DNA from: Haplodiscus bocki
Taxonomy: Eukaryota
NCBI GenBank assembly: GCA_965655095.1
Contig: OZ296651.1
Coordinates: forward strand, 4,402,001-4,466,000
Reading direction: 5' to 3'
Length of the DNA: 64,000 bases
Both the position numbers and the translations under genes were made by a program. The notes under the pieces are model-generated. The model made no database searches. It had not been told where the DNA came from and saw only the letters and a program-made list of their open reading frames with translations. Shown here piece after piece: positions 60,401-64,000 of this stretch; the stretch's first letter is position 1, and every line of letters starts with the position of its first letter.

Positions 60401-63400
60401 GAGAAACTTGTTTCACAACGAAACCTGTTGAGACTACTAGTACCTTCCGTTTCGTCGGGAATCCGACGAAAGGACTAAAATCAAAGCTTTCGTATTTGAA
60501 AAGCAATTGTGCATCGCATTTAGAAAGTATCACATGGACACGTTGGAAGATGAATAAAGTCAAAAGATATGGGAAATCGCGAATCTGAATATCGAGACGT
60601 GTAAATAAATACAAACAGAAAATCATTCGCGGGTATCAGAGTCCCAATGCAAGGAACAAAACCCAAATTTTTGCTATCTAAAAGTCCTTTACAGGTAGGA
60701 AACAAAAGTGATCTTCCTGAAAGATATGACGCCTCTTTTTTGAGAAAACGTAGTGTGAATTCAGAAACGGAAAACCTAATATTTTTACCTTTTTTGGACA
60801 AAAATGTTCAAAACGCCAAGGAAACAGTCGATATTTTGTACTTGCTTGGGACTTCCTTTGTTCAAAAGTGCCGATTAAGACGTTGAAGGAGAAATCAACC
60901 AGTCGTTACGGAGAAATCAGAGTTTGAAAATTGAGTTGTGTCATCACTATTGGCACTTATTGGTAATTTTAGTCTATATGAATTCCGACGCAAATGAGAA
61001 ACAAACCGACTGTTCTACAAACATTTTGGTCCGCCTCTAGTACAACACAGTCAACCGAGGCGCTGGTGGAAATAAACAAGCAGGTGGTAATGAGGAGATT
61101 TGAGTTGGAATATTGAACTAAACGTGTCAACAAAAATGGCATATAATTTTTGTAGGTTGCTCACGATTCAACCGTAAAGACTAAACTAAAGTCAAAGATT
61201 GTTTAATCGAAAAACTATTCTCAAACAGAAAACTTCAAAAAGAGATAAAAATCAAAACGCTGAACGCTGTGGTTTCTTTGGAGAGTGAATTTCAAGGTCC
61301 AATTCATCCAATACTGTTTGAAATTTTTGGCAATCCATGCTTTTGAGGGTTACAGAACACGATGTTACAGTTGCTACATTTTCGAAGTAAGTGTGCATTC
61401 GTTTGCCCCGGAGAGACTACAGTGGCGAAAAAAACTGAACCAAAGGACAAAAAAAATGGTTTTTCATATACAACAATTTTTTTTCGAAAATATGTAGACA
61501 CTTTTTACTTTTTTATCGGCTTTTAAGGAAAACCGATTTTGTTTCCTGTTTTCAAAAAGAGTATTATAAAAAAACGATTTGTTCCATTTATGTCAGAAAA
61601 TTGAGAAACAAGGAGAACAGTTTTTTGCTGCTAATTAGATGAGAAAGTGTAAACGAGTACCTGGAAACATCGAAATTGTGGCCGTTAGAATAATTCTAAC
61701 TCACTATCTGTGGGATGCGTAACCGTAATGCCACTACCTTTAAGTCATATACAAGCCACTAACTATTCTGAAACCCGAAGTTTGTGGGTTATCCGCAGTT
61801 TGAAGGAGAGCAAATAGGCTCCCATGTTCAATTGAAGTTTTCGAAAAATTAAAATGGAAAACAGGCACTATCTTGAAAAGCTGACCATATTCAAAATATT
61901 GCTCATCACCTCAAAATGGTAGTTGTTGATGCGGTACTCGTTAAAAATGGAGTGACAAGAGGAAACAATTTAACTGAAATGGTGTATAAGATAAATTTAT
62001 AAGATTCTGATTTGCACTAGCTTCACTAAATATTGAATACACTAACAACAAATTGAGCTGAAATAAATTTAAGTGATGTTAATGGAAACAGAATTAGTTT
62101 TGCAGCTGTGCAAAATATTCTGAGGACCTTTTACTGTAAACCACATACAAACACTGCATATCAGTTGACCGGGATTCAGACGGAGCTAGCGAGTGTTTTA
62201 TCGGCCCAACACCAATATCAACCAAAAATGATTCACTTCGTGGAAATTGTTGATGATGTGGGTTAATGTTTTCCGCAAAAACAATCAAAATCATCCACTC
62301 AAAATGGTGAATACTCGACCTTTTTAAACGTTATTTATCAAAAGATATTGCCTGATTCCGTTTGTTTTAGACACTTCATACCGTCATTTTTTTCACTATT
62401 GTCGCAAATGTGCCGTCGAAGGCGACTGAAAAAGGCGATTTTTTTAATTCGTCAGATTTTTGGGTTTTTTGAAGAAGCATTATATATATAACAATATTGA
62501 AGAAATAATACTTAGACGCACAAAAACAACCCACTTTTGTGATTTTCTAACTTGCCAGACGACTATATTGTGGTGCATACAATCAAAAGTTTCGAAAATT
62601 TTTCATAGTGAATCGCTACTATTACAAGACGATAAGATCACGGTAACACAATTGTTGCGCGGGGTAGTAGATTCTGGTTCAATTTGATTGTTGTCATAAC
62701 CTTGTAACTTTCATAGTGTGCGGCCGTTATTGATAAAAAAAAATAAACTCAAGTCTCAAAGTTGCATGGCCGGCCCTTATGAAGTGAAAAGAGCGTGCAT
62801 TCACAAGCAAGGACTTAGTGGGTGGCCAATGAAAGGTTTAAGAACTTGTCAAGATTTTATTCAATACAAGCAAGTCCGTTTTTCAAACCCAACAAGTTAC
62901 AGACTCATAACAAAAACAAAGTCAAACTTGGTAGTAGATTTGCAGCGGGGACGATACTGGTTTGAGCAATTTAGGTTTCGGTTTTGAATTCTTTCCATTC
63001 CAGTACAAACTAAAATAAGAACGCCAAGAATTTTTTCATATATCATTATTTGAATAGAATTCATTAACACTCAAAGTTTACGCAAGAACTATCAATAATA
63101 AACTTTTAAATTACAAGTCGAAGACAATATTGTTGCGCGCGCTTTTAATTGACACTAAAACAGGGTATGCAAACAAATGTAGCTCCAGTATTATTCATTA
63201 CGTAATACCTTTCTTTCACCTTGTAGGAGTTGAGTTGCCTTTAAGCACCACCGATTTGCCGTTTTTTGTTTTATTTTGTGCTAGGACGGAGAGTTTAATC
63301 ATCCACCTTTTCTAGCATTCTGTTATTTAGGTTTTTAACTGACTCAGTTTTAGCTAAGACTAGGTAATGCGAGTAACGAATCAACCCAGTGATTTGTCAT

Positions 63401-64000
63401 AAGCCATTTACATAGTTGTCAAACTGGTAGAACAAAATCGAGGGACTTTGTTAACCGACGGGCTCAGTCTCAAACAGTGTTTTGGGTTTGTAACTAAGAC
63501 TGAGTAACTTGCTTTATAGCGCAGCAACCGAACGATCTGTCTAATGTTCAGGCAATTACCAACGGATAACCAATGAACTTGATTCTGATCGATGACTGGT
63601 TTAATAAGTGATTTTAACTAAGACTCAGCATCATTGCACTTTAATGGGATCGGCCTCAACTGGCACTCCCAAATGGCAGGACCACTGAGCGATTCCTCTT
63701 GAGTTCGGGTTTTTCCAATTTGTTTTTTTTTCAGAGAGTTATCATTCAGATCCATTTCCATTTCCGTTGGACTCCTTTCAGAGATTATTTACTAACAGAC
63801 CCGATACTAATTACTCTAAAGTTCATCTGGTGAGTTGTACTTTCCCAGGGTTAGTCAAATTAGTTAGTAACAATTTGGTTTTGTTAGATTGATGAGGAAT
63901 GATTTATAATAGGTAGGTCTTTTGCAATCGTGATGTTCTTTTCCGAGATTCGAATATTCGAACTTCTTTGGATAGTTGGCCGTTTCCCAAAGTATAATAG

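Noticed and set aside
63330-63640. Recurrent TAACTAAGACT motif as a regulatory array
   Set aside because: Few, irregularly spaced copies; most likely subterminal repeats of a decayed transposon.
1-64000. CRISPR array, prokaryotic operon or defence system
   Set aside because: The DNA is eukaryotic with spliceosomal introns. The repeats found are degenerate tandem units without unique spacers, and there are no cas-like ORFs.
56500-64000. A further downstream host gene or third cistron
   Set aside because: No phase-consistent exons or recognisable host protein motifs found; the short ORFs look spurious or TE-derived.

Overview
Eukaryotic (animal-like), AT-rich, transposon-rich genomic DNA; there is no prokaryotic operon, rRNA or CRISPR array. 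The one certain gene is ABCE1/RLI1 (+ strand, 11 coding exons, 28165-56413, 609 aa, all GT-AG introns). A probable second small gene lies upstream on the same strand. It has four short exons at 3162, 12681, 12783 and 27942 spread over about 25 kb and encodes a ~68-aa single-TM protein resembling complex I subunit NDUFB1. It ends at an AATAAA only ~155 bp before the splice acceptor in front of the ABCE1 ATG, which suggests an operon-like or dicistronic arrangement. ABCE1 intron 1 (17.7 kb) holds a precisely bounded, decayed 11.9-kb Maverick/Polinton (29227-41111) with a 6-bp AACATG target-site duplication and AGT(T/A)GT...ACTACT ends. It retains remnants of ATPase, protease, integrase, minor and major capsid, and pPolB genes. 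It also carries an EGF/TGF-alpha-like growth-factor pseudogene next to the left TIR and tandem tRNA-like Pol III units inside both TIRs. The rest of the window is decayed DIRS-like, Crypton-like, Gypsy, CRE, RTE, CR1/L2, Penelope and Academ-like fragments, a second Polinton fragment, tandem repeats and one perfect 141-bp hairpin. All family assignments come from motif recognition by eye, not database searches.
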